The notes beneath the pieces are model-generated. The model saw only the letters and a list, made by a program, of their open reading frames with translations, searched no databases and was not told the origin of the DNA. Source: Dissulfurispiraceae bacterium (lineage in GTDB: Bacteria > Nitrospirota > Thermodesulfovibrionia > Thermodesulfovibrionales > Dissulfurispiraceae). From it: DNA of 60,786 bases. Position 1 is the stretch's first letter. Every line of letters starts with the position of its first letter. Shown piece after piece: positions 9,056-19,857 of this stretch. The stretch lies in NCBI GenBank assembly GCA_035319145.1, contig DATHDH010000094.1, positions 1 through 60,786 of the forward strand, given 5' to 3'. The position numbers and the translations under genes are program-made.

Positions 9056-12000
9056 TTATTCCACCTGCGACTCTATCTTGACTGCCTTCCGCATTGCCAG
9101 CCGCGCCTTGACACGCTCCTGCACCTCATCGAAGAGGTCGTAAACGACCGGAACGACGAGGAGTGTCAGGAAAAGCGAGGAGATTAAGCCCCCTATGGTT
9201 GCGATCGCCATGGGTGCGCGTGTTTCGGCGCCTTCGCCGAGGCCCACCGCAATGGGAAGCATGCCGAAGACCATGGCGAATGTCGTCATCAGGATTGGCT
9301 TCAGCCTGACGGGGCCTGCCTCGAGAATTGCCTCTCTGCGTGACATGCCGTGCTCGCGAAGCGTGTTCGTGTAATCGACGAGCAGAATGGCGTTCTTTTT
9401 GACGAGCCCCATCAGGAGGATCAGGCCGATGAAGCTGAAGAGATTCAGGGTCTGGCCGGTAAGGAGCAGCGCGCCGAAGGCCCCGGCAAATGAAAACGGC
9501 ATTGAGATGAGAACCGTTATCGGGTGAACGAAGCTTTCGAACTGGGCCGCAAGGATCATATAGGCGAGCACCACTCCGAGCACCAGCGCGAATATCAGGT
9601 AGTAAAACGTCTCGCCCATGATATCGGCTGCGCCTTTATAAACGCCGGTATATCCGGGGGTAAGAATCTGTGCGGAAATTGCATTGAGTTCGTCCATTGC
9701 CTGCCCGAGCGGCTTGCCTTCGAGGTTGGCAAACAGCATGATGGCGCGCTGACGGTCGACTCGCTGGATGGTGCTCGGTCCGCCGCCCTCCCGAATTTCA
9801 AGAAGGTTTGATATCTCGACGAGCCTGCCGTCCTTCGCGCGGACATAGAGACGCCCGAGATCGGCAGGGTTTTTTCTGTCCTCAGGGTTCAGCCGCGCCC
9901 TGACATCATAACGACGGCCTCGCGACTCGTCTTTGTATTTCGTCACCTCGACTTCTCCGCCGATCAGAAAGTTGATGGCCTCGGCTATGGTTGTTGTTTC
10001 GAGGCCGAGGTCGGCCGCCTTGTCGCGATCGATGTATACCTTCAGTTCAGGCTTTCCCGTTTCGAGTGACGTATCGATATCGACGATACCGGGAAGTTTT
10101 GAATATTCGCCGATAATCCGGCGCATATACTGCTGGATTACGGTAAGATCACTGCCCTGAACCGCATACTGGACCGGCACGTTGCGGACACCTCCACCGA
10201 TCAGAGAGATGTCCTCGATTGTCGTTTTGAGTCCCGCAATCGAACCGAGGCTCTTGCGTAAATCCTGCATGATGACCTGCTGGGAACGCCTCCGCTCCGA
10301 TTTCTGCGAGATGCCGACAAAGACGATGGCCTTGTTGATCTGTCCGCTCAGGCCTTGCGCATACAATGCGGTCTGAACCTCGGGCATTTTCCGAAGCAGA
10401 TCTTCGGCCTTCCTGAACATCTTCTCGGCCTCGTCGACCGAATAGTCCACCGGTGATTCCAGCCTGATGATAAAGCGGCTCTGGTCCTCCTGGGGGTGGA
10501 ATTCCTTGCCCATTACGAGGGTCATAAGCATGCTCAGTATGAATACGGCGACGGCGAGCAGCACAACCTTCCTGCGATGCGACATTGCGTATACCAGCAA
10601 AGCGCGATACCATGCTTCCGCCTTCCTATACCAAGCTTCCAGTCTATCTGCGATCGCAGTAATGCGAGGATGTTTCATCAGGGCCGAGAGATGATTTGCA
10701 TCGGCGGTCTTGGTCGAGTGCGGCGAAAGATACCGGGATGCGAGCATGGGAGTGAGCGTGAACGAAACGAACAGCGACATGATAACAGCAAAGACAACGG
10801 TAAGCGCAAACTGGAGGAAAAAACGCCCGACGATGCCTTTCATGAACGCGACCGGCAGAAAGATTGCAACGATAGCCATCGTCGTGGCCATAACCGCTAG
10901 GCCTATTTCGGATGTTGCAAACGATGCGGCTTCCATCGGCGATTTCCCGAGCCGGATATGGCGATGGATGTTCTCGATAACGATGATTGCATCATCGATG
11001 AGAATTCCGATGCAGAGCGAAAGCCCGAGCATCGTCATATTGTTAAACGTGAAGTCGAACATGTTCATGATGGTGAAGGTCGATATTATCGACGTCGGTA
11101 TGGCCAGTGCGCTGATGAGGGTGATCCGCAGGCTTTTCAGAAAAAGAAGCACCGCGAGCACTGCGAACAGACCGCCGATGATCAGGTGCCCCTGGACCTC
11201 TTTGATCGATCGCTTAATGAAGGACGACTGATCAAAGGCTATGTCGAGCTTCATCCCGGGCGGCAGGGTCGTGCTAATCGATGCGAGTTCCTTCTTCACG
11301 AGATCGACGACTTCGACCGTGTTCGTGCCGGACTGTTTCTGGATGCCGAGTCCGACCGCATTGAGGCCGTTAAATCGGGCGATGGTTCGCTTCTCCTCCA
11401 TGCCGTCCTCGACCCGCCCGATGTCGGACAGCCGGACCGCCGCCCCGCGGTTGTAGGCGATAATGAGGTTGCCGAACGCCTCGACCGAACGCAATTCGCC
11501 CTTCACCTTGATGGCGTATTCACGCGCAGCGCTCTCGATGCGGCCGCTCGGAAGTTCTATATTCTCGCGCTGGAGCAGCCGCATCACATCCTGCGCAGTA
11601 ATGCCGTGTGCAATCATCTTTTCGCGGTCGAGCCAGAGGCGAACTTGCCTGAGCCGAAGCCCCGGCATCTGGACGGCGCCGACGCCGGTCACTTTCTGGA
11701 GCTTTTCCTTCAGCACTTCATCGGCATAGGTCGAGAGTTCACGTGGCGTCCGCTCTCCGAACAGTGCGATCCAGAGAACGGCGTTCGCATCCGGGTCGAC
11801 CTTCTGAATAATCGGTTCTTTGGCGTCAGTCGGCAGTTTGCTGCGGATAGTCGAAATCTTTTCCCGAACATCCTGAACTGCCAGGTCGATATTTCGTTCG
11901 AGGACAAATTCGACCACGACAGATGACGCCCCTTCCGAACTGGTCGATGTGATCGATTTCACCCCGTTTATGGTGCCGACCGCCTCCTCTATTTTGTCGG

Positions 12001-12190
12001 TGACATCGATGTCAATAATCTCGGGGCTTGCGCCGGGAAGCACCGTGTAAACACTGACGATGGGAAAATCGACCTTCGGAAAGAGGTCGACGCCGAGACG
12101 CGGGTAGCTGACGATGCCGAGTACGACCAGTGCAACGATTACCATCGTTGCGAAGACCGGCCGTTTTATCGAGGTGTCAGCGAGCCACAT
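9056..12190 (-). CDS. RND efflux transporter, AcrB/HAE1 family (pump 1)
   Basis: About 1044 aa with 12-TM/2-loop RND architecture (MWLADTSIKRPVFATMVIV...). The ORF-track start is GTG 12202; ATG 12190 is preferred. Confidence 0.9.
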   Translation of the reverse strand: MWLADTSIKRPVFATMVIVALVVLGIVSYPRLGVDLFPKVDFPIVSVYTVLPGASPEIIDIDVTDKIEEAVGTINGVKSITSTSSEGASSVVVEFVLERNIDLAVQDVREKISTIRSKLPTDAKEPIIQKVDPDANAVLWIALFGERTPRELSTYADEVLKEKLQKVTGVGAVQMPGLRLRQVRLWLDREKMIAHGITAQDVMRLLQRENIELPSGRIESAAREYAIKVKGELRSVEAFGNLIIAYNRGAAVRLSDIGRVEDGMEEKRTIARFNGLNAVGLGIQKQSGTNTVEVVDLVKKELASISTTLPPGMKLDIAFDQSSFIKRSIKEVQGHLIIGGLFAVLAVLLFLKSLRITLISALAIPTSIISTFTIMNMFDFTFNNMTMLGLSLCIGILIDDAIIVIENIHRHIRLGKSPMEAASFATSEIGLAVMATTMAIVAIFLPVAFMKGIVGRFFLQFALTVVFAVIMSLFVSFTLTPMLASRYLSPHSTKTADANHLSALMKHPRITAIADRLEAWYRKAEAWYRALLVYAMSHRRKVVLLAVAVFILSMLMTLVMGKEFHPQEDQSRFIIRLESPVDYSVDEAEKMFRKAEDLLRKMPEVQTALYAQGLSGQINKAIVFVGISQKSERRRSQQVIMQDLRKSLGSIAGLKTTIEDISLIGGGVRNVPVQYAVQGSDLTVIQQYMRRIIGEYSKLPGIVDIDTSLETGKPELKVYIDRDKAADLGLETTTIAEAINFLIGGEVEVTKYKDESRGRRYDVRARLNPEDRKNPADLGRLYVRAKDGRLVEISNLLEIREGGGPSTIQRVDRQRAIMLFANLEGKPLGQAMDELNAISAQILTPGYTGVYKGAADIMGETFYYLIFALVLGVVLAYMILAAQFESFVHPITVLISMPFSFAGAFGALLLTGQTLNLFSFIGLILLMGLVKKNAILLVDYTNTLREHGMSRREAILEAGPVRLKPILMTTFAMVFGMLPIAVGLGEGAETRAPMAIATIGGLISSLFLTLLVVPVVYDLFDEVQERVKARLAMRKAVKIESQVE

Positions 12191-13295
12191 TGACCTTTGC
12201 ACCCTCTGAAAGATTCTGCTGGCCTATGACGACGACCTGTTCTCCCTCGTTCAGTCCCTCAATCACTTCAATCGTCTCTCCGTATTTGTTGCCGAGTTTC
12301 ACGTTTCTTACCTTTGCCCTGTCTCCTTCGACGGTGAAGATGCGCACCTGTTCTCCTTCGTAGAGGACAGCGACTATCGGTACGACGATGACCGCCCGGA
12401 CAGGGCCGGTGTAATGCTGAACGCGGGCGAACAACCCCGGTTTCAGGATATTGTCATCGTTCGGAATGAGCGCTTCGATCTTCAGCGTCCTGGTTTTGTC
12501 GTCGAGGCTCGGTGAAACAATGTTGATTTTCCCCGTGAATTCCCGCTCGGGGAATGCGTCGACCCGAATCGCAACCTCCTGCCCCTGGCGTAGTTTTCCG
12601 ACATCTCTTTCCGGAACGCTGAAATTCAGTTTGAGGATGTGCGTCTGGATCACCGCAAACGCCGGAGATCCGTTTTTCACAAAATCGCCCCGCGATATCT
12701 TCTTTTCCTTAACGACCCCTGCGAACGGCGCGACGATGCGTGTCTTTGCAAGCCTTTCCTGAGTGAGTGCAAGTGATGCGTGGGCGCGCTCGACATCCGC
12801 TTCCGCAAGCGCGCGACGCGTGACGATATCGTCAAATTGCTGCTGCGTCACGAGCTGCTCCTTATAAAGCGCTTCTTTGCGCTGGAACTCAATCTGGGTA
12901 TTCTTCAGCGTGGCCTTCGCCTGATTGAGCGCCGCCGTGTTCCTCTTGGCGTCGAGTGCATAATCGGTATCATTCAATACGGCAAGGACTGCTCCTTTTG
13001 CGACTCTTGTCCCTTCTTCCGCCCTGATATCCTTCACAACGGCCTCGATTTCGCTGCTGACGATCGCTTCTTCAAAGGGATTCAGCGAACCGGTTGCCGA
13101 TAAATACGGACGCAGCGCCTGTTTGCCGGCAGGAGCTACCTGCACGTTCAATGCGCGCTCCTGCGGTTTGGAGTCCTTGCTCCCGCAAGCGGAAAGCGAA
13201 GCCGCCAGGGTCAGAAGAATGAAGACCGTCAGCAGATGCAACGCGCTGTAACCACTCTCGGAATGAAGCCGGGCGAGGAGCGATCGGCAGTTCAT
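12177..13295 (-). CDS. RND periplasmic adaptor (MFP) lipoprotein
   Basis: Lipobox LAASLSAC with barrel-sandwich/coiled-coil MFP features. Start set at ATG 13295 (MNCRSLL), just downstream of the OMF stop at 13303. Confidence 0.85.
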   Translation of the reverse strand: MNCRSLLARLHSESGYSALHLLTVFILLTLAASLSACGSKDSKPQERALNVQVAPAGKQALRPYLSATGSLNPFEEAIVSSEIEAVVKDIRAEEGTRVAKGAVLAVLNDTDYALDAKRNTAALNQAKATLKNTQIEFQRKEALYKEQLVTQQQFDDIVTRRALAEADVERAHASLALTQERLAKTRIVAPFAGVVKEKKISRGDFVKNGSPAFAVIQTHILKLNFSVPERDVGKLRQGQEVAIRVDAFPEREFTGKINIVSPSLDDKTRTLKIEALIPNDDNILKPGLFARVQHYTGPVRAVIVVPIVAVLYEGEQVRIFTVEGDRAKVRNVKLGNKYGETIEVIEGLNEGEQVVVIGQQNLSEGAKVNVAR

Positions 13296-13302
13296 GAATT
13301 CC

Positions 13303-14694
13303 TTACTCGACTTTCCCGGATGCGGATGCAGGGATGCTCTTGAGAAAGAGCCCTGCAGACCGCTGCATGCGAAGCAGCGAAATATGGTACGCGTATTTTG
13401 CCGTTGCATACTGGCGCTCGGCTGACACGAGGAGATTATTGGCGTCCAGGACATCGAGGCTTGTTGCAAGACCGTAATCGAACTGGCGTGATACGGCGGT
13501 ATAGTTATCTCGGGCGAAAGAGACCTGGTCGGCCAGCGAATGAAGGACCCCGCGTGCCGTCATGAGCTGAAGATATGATTGTTCGACATCCAGGGCAATA
13601 TCGCGCTTTGTATCGGAGAAGGTCAGTTCAGCTTGACGCAGTTTGGACGACGCCTCCCTTGCCTCGGCCACCCGCAGGCCGCCCTCGAAGAGCGGAAATG
13701 TCAGGGTGAGGGCTCCATAAATGCTCTCCTTGACAGCCAGGATGGAAGACGGCGACTGATTGGATCGCGAGTAAACCCCGGACAGCCCCAACGATGGAAA
13801 GAAGGCCGCCCGCGCTGCCGAAACCTGCGATTGTGCGGAACCGATGAGCAGTTCCGCCGCCTTCACCTCGGCCCGCTCGACGTAAGCACGTTCAGCGGCG
13901 CATTGAAGCGTAAGGGGCGCGCAGCCCAGGACAATCCGACCGGCGCTCTCTTCGTCGATATCTGCTGCATCCTGAACCGTAAAATCCCCTTCTATGCTGA
14001 TGGTGCGTGCCAGAAACGCCTTGGCGTATTTTTCAAGATTATCGAGCCGTATCAGGTCGGACTGTGCACCCGACAGCTCGGCTTCGGCCCTCAGTACGGC
14101 GGTCTTCGTCACCTCGCCGATTCTGAGCCGTGTCTTTGCGGCATCGCGATATTTTGTCAGCCGCTCGATGCTTGCGCGGGCTATCTCGGTTTGCCGCTTT
14201 GCCTGCAGTACGTCATAATATGCGGCCGCCGTGCCCAGCAAATATGCCTCTCTGAAGGCATCGTACGTGAATTTGCTTCTGTCCGCGGCGAGCGATGCCG
14301 ACTTCAGCGCGAAAAACTCCTTGCCGCCGAGAGAGAGCGAGTAATCGGCGCGGCCGCCCCAGTTTTGCGCACTGTCCGGCTGGATGACGAACCCCCCGCC
14401 CGTTTGCTGATCCGAAAAACGGGTATACCCGTAGAATGCCGTAAGTCGCGGCAAGAGCGCAGACAGCGCTTTATCTCTTCCCCGATCTGCTATGGCGACA
14501 TCTTGTTCAACGATGCGGATACGTTCGGCCTGTGCAAGCGCGAGGCGGTAGGCGTCGTCGAGCGTATATTCACGTGGCGGCTCTGCTGCGGCAAAGCTGT
14601 AAGCTATAACGATCAGGAAGCTGATGAAGAAACAGATCACCGATGCAATCGCGAGATACCTAACGTTTATCATATGCAGTCCCTTTGGTTCCAT
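13303..14694 (-). CDS. TolC-family outer membrane efflux protein (OMF 1)
   Basis: 463 aa with an N-terminal signal/TM and the two-repeat TolC pattern (LTLDDAYRLAL..., ...YHISLLRMQRSAG). Confidence 0.85.
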   Translation of the reverse strand: MEPKGLHMINVRYLAIASVICFFISFLIVIAYSFAAAEPPREYTLDDAYRLALAQAERIRIVEQDVAIADRGRDKALSALLPRLTAFYGYTRFSDQQTGGGFVIQPDSAQNWGGRADYSLSLGGKEFFALKSASLAADRSKFTYDAFREAYLLGTAAAYYDVLQAKRQTEIARASIERLTKYRDAAKTRLRIGEVTKTAVLRAEAELSGAQSDLIRLDNLEKYAKAFLARTISIEGDFTVQDAADIDEESAGRIVLGCAPLTLQCAAERAYVERAEVKAAELLIGSAQSQVSAARAAFFPSLGLSGVYSRSNQSPSSILAVKESIYGALTLTFPLFEGGLRVAEAREASSKLRQAELTFSDTKRDIALDVEQSYLQLMTARGVLHSLADQVSFARDNYTAVSRQFDYGLATSLDVLDANNLLVSAERQYATAKYAYHISLLRMQRSAGLFLKSIPASASGKVE

Positions 14695-15271
14695 GGATGA
14701 AAATATCTATGTATTTGGCGATGTCGCTCTCTTCCGTGTCGCCGGCGGGATCTTCATATCCGATAATATTCCTGCTGATGAAGTACGCATAAAAAATACC
14801 GAGAAATGCCTGCGCAGCGGCGACGGGGTCCTGTTTGCGCAGAATCTTTTTTTTCTGTAGGTCCCTGAAATATGCCGCAATGACCTCAAAAAGTTCATTC
14901 ATAAAAGAAAAATGCATGGCTTTCACCTGCTCGGGATACCGCGAGCATTCGTTCAGGAATATCTTGACGAGGGCCCTGCGTTGCCGCAAGGTTGTCAGTA
15001 AGGTTGTCGCGATAATACGCAGCGACTCCTCATAAGAGACGCTCTGAAAAGACGGGGCTGCAGCGCGAATCGCCGAAAGCGCAGATCTGTTCTTCAGGAT
15101 GGCCTCAATCAAAAGTTCCTTGGCTGGAAAATGGCGGAAGAGCGTCAGTTCCGCCACGCCGGCATGTCTTGCGATATCACGCGTGGTCGCTCCGGTGAAG
15201 CCCTTTTCCGAAAAGAGATGGAGCGCTGCATCAATGATGCGCTCACGCGTCGCTTGGGATCGTGTTTGCAT
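14660..15271 (-). CDS. TetR/AcrR-family transcriptional repressor
   Basis: N-terminal HTH RERIIDAALHLFSEKGFTGATTRDIARHAGVAELTLFRHF. ATG 15271 has SD GAGGTG 4 nt upstream; the longer ORF-track start 15298 lies inside the operator. Confidence 0.85.
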   Translation of the reverse strand: MQTRSQATRERIIDAALHLFSEKGFTGATTRDIARHAGVAELTLFRHFPAKELLIEAILKNRSALSAIRAAAPSFQSVSYEESLRIIATTLLTTLRQRRALVKIFLNECSRYPEQVKAMHFSFMNELFEVIAAYFRDLQKKKILRKQDPVAAAQAFLGIFYAYFISRNIIGYEDPAGDTEESDIAKYIDIFIHGTKGTAYDKR

Positions 15272-15297
15272 GGTACACCTCGACTGCACGGAAAACA

Positions 15298-15342
15298 TTA
15301 GTAAGTGCTTACTAACATATCAGACCGCTGAAATTCTGTCAA
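15298..15342 (-). promoter_or_regulatory. sigma70-type promoter with overlapping TetR-type dyad operator (copy 1)
   Basis: On the minus strand: TTGACA (15342..15337), 17-nt spacer, TATGTT (15319..15314). The dyad TTAGTAAG-TG-CTTACTAA (15298..15315) overlaps the -10. The 20-mer GTAAGTGCTTACTAACATAT (15301..15320) recurs at 24221..24240. Confidence 0.55.
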
Positions 15343-15407
15343 GAGGGGTCGAAGCCGTTTTACACCCCGCACCGGCTATGAATAATTTAAGTCAAACAAG
15401 GTCTCTG

Positions 15408-16637
15408 TTATTCGTACCGTAGAGCATCAATCGGATTCAGGAGCGATGCCTTATATGCAGGATAAAAGCCGAAGAAGATGCCGACGAAGCCCGAAAAAAG
15501 AAACGCGGTTACAACGGCAACTATCGAGACATCAGTCGGCCATCCGGCAAGCATCGAGACGAGCTGAGATGATGCCGCACCGACGAGTATTCCAATGATG
15601 CCGCCGATGAGCGAAAGCGTGACCGCTTCCACGATGAATTGCAGCCGGATATCGAGCGTACGGGCGCCGACTGCCATCCGTATGCCTATTTCTCGGGTTC
15701 GCTCCGTCACGGAAACCAGCATGATGTTCATAATGCCGATCCCACCGACTAAAAGTGATACTGAAGCAATAGCACCAAGCAGGAGCGCCATTACCTGAGA
15801 CTGCTGTTCTGCTGTTTGAAGAATTTGAGTAAGGTTTCTGACGGTAAAATCATTTTCTTGGCGCGGTCCAATCCTATGACGCTGCCTCAGCAAGTCGGTT
15901 ATCTGCAGTTCCGCATCAGGGAGGTCCTGAGAGCTTTTTGCTTTTACAATGATCGTCCGAACACTGCCTGGAAATGATACTCCAAAGAGTTTCTTTTGAG
16001 CTGTCGATACCGGAACAAAGATTGCATCATCCTGATCCGTTCCTTGAGGAGACTGTCCTTTATCAGCAAGAACTCCGATGACCGTAAACGGGATATTCTT
16101 GATTCGAATCACTTGTCCTATGGGATCGACATCGCCGAAGAGCTTTTCAACAATAGTCTGCCCGATAAGTGCTACTTTTGTAGCAGTACGAATATCCTGC
16201 TCGTTGAAGGACCGCCCGGACTGCAGCGGCCAGTCGCGCACGTTGAGAAAGCTCGCGGTCGTTCCGGTAATACTTGTAGCCCAGTTCTGGTTCCCATAAA
16301 CTACTTGTGCTGAACCGCCGTGAATCGGCGCAAGATCTTCAATGGCCGGACACTCCCTAAGCATGGCGTCGGCATCATCCAGCGAAAGAGTCGGTTGCGT
16401 TCCCGATCCCATACGAACACCTCCGGCTGTCTGTGATCCCGACAGGACAAGAAGTAAATTGCTGCCGATGCTGGCAATCTGTTCGGATATCTTCTTGCTG
16501 GCGCCGGTGCCGACGGCAACCATCGTTATGACGGCCCCAACACCGATTATGATCCCCAGCATTGTCAAGGCGGAGCGAAGTTTATTGACGCGAAGCGCCC
16601 GCAGAGCCACTCTGATTGAAGAGCTTATATGAATCAT
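15408..16637 (-). CDS. macB: MacB-type ABC transporter permease (FtsX fold with periplasmic domain)
   Basis: 409 aa with an N-terminal TM, a large periplasmic MacB_PCD-like domain and a C-terminal FtsX 3-TM bundle. ATGA overlap with the ATPase gene. Confidence 0.85.
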   Translation of the reverse strand: MIHISSSIRVALRALRVNKLRSALTMLGIIIGVGAVITMVAVGTGASKKISEQIASIGSNLLLVLSGSQTAGGVRMGSGTQPTLSLDDADAMLRECPAIEDLAPIHGGSAQVVYGNQNWATSITGTTASFLNVRDWPLQSGRSFNEQDIRTATKVALIGQTIVEKLFGDVDPIGQVIRIKNIPFTVIGVLADKGQSPQGTDQDDAIFVPVSTAQKKLFGVSFPGSVRTIIVKAKSSQDLPDAELQITDLLRQRHRIGPRQENDFTVRNLTQILQTAEQQSQVMALLLGAIASVSLLVGGIGIMNIMLVSVTERTREIGIRMAVGARTLDIRLQFIVEAVTLSLIGGIIGILVGAASSQLVSMLAGWPTDVSIVAVVTAFLFSGFVGIFFGFYPAYKASLLNPIDALRYE

Positions 16638-17338
16638 ATTTTCGTCTCCCTGCGCTCATCGCTGACGATATTACCGTCAAGAAACCGAACAATGCGCTTG
16701 CTGTATTCGGCGATATCAGGTTCATGGGTGACGAGTATGACGGTTATGCCCGACTCGCGGTTCAGCTTCACGAAGAGGTCCATGATCTCCGCGCTGGTCT
16801 TGGAGTCGAGGTTCCCAGTCGGTTCATCTGCCAGGATAAGCTGAGCGCGATTTACCAGTGCCCGTGCGATTGCCACGCGCTGCTGTTGCCCGCCCGAGAG
16901 CTGATTCGGCAGGTGATGCTCTCTTTTTTCGAGGCCGACGCTCTTCAGCGCCTGCAAGGATCTCTCTCTACGCTCTCCAGCCGGTACCCCGGCATAGAGC
17001 ATCGGTACCTCCACATTTTCCAATGCAGAGGTTCGCGATAGGAGGTTGAACCCTTGAAAGACAAAACCGATTTTCTGATTTCTGATTTGGGCGAGTTCAT
17101 CGCGTTCGAGCCCCGATACATCGATACCTTCAAGCCGGTATATCCCGGAGGTCGGCGTGTCGAGGCAGCCGAGGATATTCATCAGTGTTGATTTGCCCGA
17201 GCCGGATGCCCCCATGATTGCAACGAATTCTCCTGGTGCGAAAGTGAGCGAAACGGAGTTCAGGGCGCTCACGCATGTCTCACCCATACAGTACTGTTTG
17301 ACGAGATCGATAATTTCGATAAGTGCCATAATGGACAA
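16634..17338 (-). CDS. macB: MacB/LolD-type ABC transporter ATP-binding protein
   Basis: Walker [10 protein letters not shown], signature [15 protein letters not shown] and Walker [13 protein letters not shown]. Confidence 0.9.
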   Translation of the reverse strand: MSIMALIEIIDLVKQYCMGETCVSALNSVSLTFAPGEFVAIMGASGSGKSTLMNILGCLDTPTSGIYRLEGIDVSGLERDELAQIRNQKIGFVFQGFNLLSRTSALENVEVPMLYAGVPAGERRERSLQALKSVGLEKREHHLPNQLSGGQQQRVAIARALVNRAQLILADEPTGNLDSKTSAEIMDLFVKLNRESGITVILVTHEPDIAEYSKRIVRFLDGNIVSDERRETKI

Positions 17339-17353
17339 TCAATGCGTCGGCAT

Positions 17354-18520
17354 CTAGAACATGCGCGGCCCGCGCTGCTGCTGGGCGCCCGAGCTGGACT
17401 GTCCGGAGCTTCCCTGACCCTCTCCCTGTACGGCGACGATAACCTCAGCCCCCTCCTGCAGGTCTCCCCCGACCACTTCAGTATATGTCCCATCGCTAAT
17501 GCCCAGCACTACTTTGAAACGCTTCGGCTGTTTGCCGTCAAGAACCCAAACTCCTGAGCTGCGCGCCCCCGGCGACTTCTGCTGGGCGGGACTTGCTTTC
17601 TCCGCAATACGCACACGCAGCGCCGCGTTCGGAATTTTAGGGACACCTTTCTTTATCGCCGTTGTAATAGAGGCATTTGCAGTCATCCCCGGTTTGAGCT
17701 TCAAGTCCTTGTTGTCGACCTGAATGACGACCGTATACGTGACGACATTCTGCACCGTGACCGGTGCGTTGCGCACCTGAAAGACTTTTCCTTTAAATGC
17801 CGCACCCGGATAGGCGTCAACAGTGAATTCCGCATCCTGCCCTTCTTTGACACGACCTATATCAGCCTCATTCACCGTCGTATCGACTTCCATCTTGGTA
17901 AGGTCCTGAGCGATGGTGAAAAGGGTCGGCGTCTGAAAGCTGGCGGCGACGGTCTGTCCGACATCGACATTGCGCGAAATGACGATGCCGTCGACCGGCG
18001 AGAGAATGCGTGTATAGGCAAGATTCGTCTCCGCCTGCCGAAGAGAAGCGCGTGCTTGATCTACCTGCGCGACAAAGGCGTCGTAATTCGCCGCCGAGGT
18101 ATCGTAATCGCTCCGGGCAATGAGGCTGCGCTCAAAGAGCTGCTGGTTGCGATCTCGCGTTCTTTTTGCATCAAGGGTATTGGCATTGAGCTTCGTAAGA
18201 TTTGCCCTGGCCTGATCTACCTGCGCCTGCATGGTTGCCGGGTCGATAAGCGCGAGGAGCTGCCCCTTCTTTACCTGAGAGTTGTAATCGACATAAAGGG
18301 TCTTGATGGTACCGGATACTTGCGTGCCGACGAGTACCGTAGTTACGGCATTGACTGTTCCGGAAGCGGTGACCGTCTCAAATATGTCGCCGCGTACGAC
18401 CTTTTCGGTCCGATAGGTGACCTCGCCGTTTCTGCTTTGCATATAGAAAAAGATCCCTGCCGCGACGGCAACAAGCAATACCGCTCCTGCCGCAATGACT
18501 TTCCTGCCTGGAAGTTTCAT
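17354..18520 (-). CDS. macA: MacA-type periplasmic adaptor (HlyD family)
   Basis: 388 aa with an N-terminal TM, a long coiled coil and a Gly/Ser-rich tail. ATGA overlap with the upstream OMF stop. Confidence 0.85.
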   Translation of the reverse strand: MKLPGRKVIAAGAVLLVAVAAGIFFYMQSRNGEVTYRTEKVVRGDIFETVTASGTVNAVTTVLVGTQVSGTIKTLYVDYNSQVKKGQLLALIDPATMQAQVDQARANLTKLNANTLDAKRTRDRNQQLFERSLIARSDYDTSAANYDAFVAQVDQARASLRQAETNLAYTRILSPVDGIVISRNVDVGQTVAASFQTPTLFTIAQDLTKMEVDTTVNEADIGRVKEGQDAEFTVDAYPGAAFKGKVFQVRNAPVTVQNVVTYTVVIQVDNKDLKLKPGMTANASITTAIKKGVPKIPNAALRVRIAEKASPAQQKSPGARSSGVWVLDGKQPKRFKVVLGISDGTYTEVVGGDLQEGAEVIVAVQGEGQGSSGQSSSGAQQQRGPRMF

Positions 18521-19857
18521 TGCTCCATGCCTCCAATTGCCTTCTCAAGGCTGGCGACCGCTACCTGATAATCATAAAGAGCCTGAGTATGGGCAGTCTT
18601 AGCATTTATATAGGTTACCTGGGCATCCGTGACCTCAATCGGACTCCCCACGCCTGCATTGTATCGTCCATTAGCGATATCGAGGTTCTCCGTGGCCTGC
18701 TGCACGCCGAGTTCAGCCGTTGGGATACTCTCTTTTGCCTGCATGAGCTGGAGATACGCCTGCTGTACTTCGAGCAGCACATTCTGCTTCAGAAGGTCGT
18801 AATTCGCCTTTGCCGTCTCAAGGTTCGCCTTTGCCTCACCCACCTGATGAACAGTCTGAAAGCCGTTGAAAAGACTCCAGCTGAGGGCTATCCCTGCCGT
18901 CCATCCCTCCGGCGGGAGGAAATCCTGCCCTGTCCTGCTATAGGAGCCGACCGCGCTGATGGACGGAAGGAATCCTTTGTAAGCATATGAAACCTGCTCG
19001 TCGGATGCCTTCACGCGAGCATCCGAGGCCAGCAGCTCCGGCCGGTTTTTGTAGGCACGCTCGACCGCCTCGGGAAGCGGAATTTCTTTCTTGACGATAT
19101 CAAGCGAGTCCACAATTGAATAATCGGGAGCATCCGGATATCCCAAAGTGTTATTGAGAGTCACCTTTGCAATGCGAAGGGCGTTTTCCGCTTTGATCAG
19201 GTTCAATTTCGCGTTGCTCAGGTCGGCCTTGGCCTTGATGACATCGAACTTCGGTTTCGTCCCGACCTCGTAAAATCCCTGCGCCTGTTGCAGATGCTGC
19301 TCAAACTGCACGACCACCTCTTTTGCAACATCCCGGTTGCGCTGCGCCTGCAAGAGCCCGTAATACGCCTGGCGAACGGCAAGCACCAGCGAGACCTTTG
19401 TTTCAGCAAAATCGCCGCGCGATGCCTCGGCGCCGTATTTCTGTATCCATATCTGGTTCGGTGTCTTGCCGAAGTCGTAGATAAGCTGCGATGCGTTAAT
19501 CGAACCGGAATATTGTTGATAAGGTTTATTACTTCCTGATTCAAGGGAGGTGATCGAAGTCCCATTCGGTGCTTTGATCTTCATGTAGTTCCCGGATGCA
19601 TTGACCTGCGGCAGGTAGGCCGCCACTGCCTGGCCGATTCTGCTTTCGCTCGCCTTGACCGCACCTTGGGCCGCGGCAAGCTGCGGATGGCGGACAACGG
19701 CAATGCCAACGCATTGATCAACAGTCAGCTGTTCCCCAGGTTTGAACGGTGCCGAAGGTTCTTCCGCGCCGGCAAGGACCGGAATGCACCATACGCCGAT
19801 AAGAAACACAGCACCCCAGCGTCGGATGCGCGATAGTCCGGAGAGCTTTTTCTTCAT
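18517..19857 (-). CDS. TolC-family outer membrane efflux protein (OMF 2)
   Basis: Start set at ATG 19857 (MKKKLSGLSRIRRWGAVFLIGVWCIPVLAGA signal peptide), which forms ATGA with the RND stop. TolC two-repeat pattern. Confidence 0.85.
   Translation of the reverse strand: MKKKLSGLSRIRRWGAVFLIGVWCIPVLAGAEEPSAPFKPGEQLTVDQCVGIAVVRHPQLAAAQGAVKASESRIGQAVAAYLPQVNASGNYMKIKAPNGTSITSLESGSNKPYQQYSGSINASQLIYDFGKTPNQIWIQKYGAEASRGDFAETKVSLVLAVRQAYYGLLQAQRNRDVAKEVVVQFEQHLQQAQGFYEVGTKPKFDVIKAKADLSNAKLNLIKAENALRIAKVTLNNTLGYPDAPDYSIVDSLDIVKKEIPLPEAVERAYKNRPELLASDARVKASDEQVSYAYKGFLPSISAVGSYSRTGQDFLPPEGWTAGIALSWSLFNGFQTVHQVGEAKANLETAKANYDLLKQNVLLEVQQAYLQLMQAKESIPTAELGVQQATENLDIANGRYNAGVGSPIEVTDAQVTYINAKTAHTQALYDYQVAVASLEKAIGGMEQ

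Noticed and set aside
13579-14700. A 373-aa plus-strand ORF.
   Set aside because: It is antisense to the TolC-family gene. Its composition is Arg/Cys/Gly-rich and typical of a shadow ORF, with no recognisable motif or SD.
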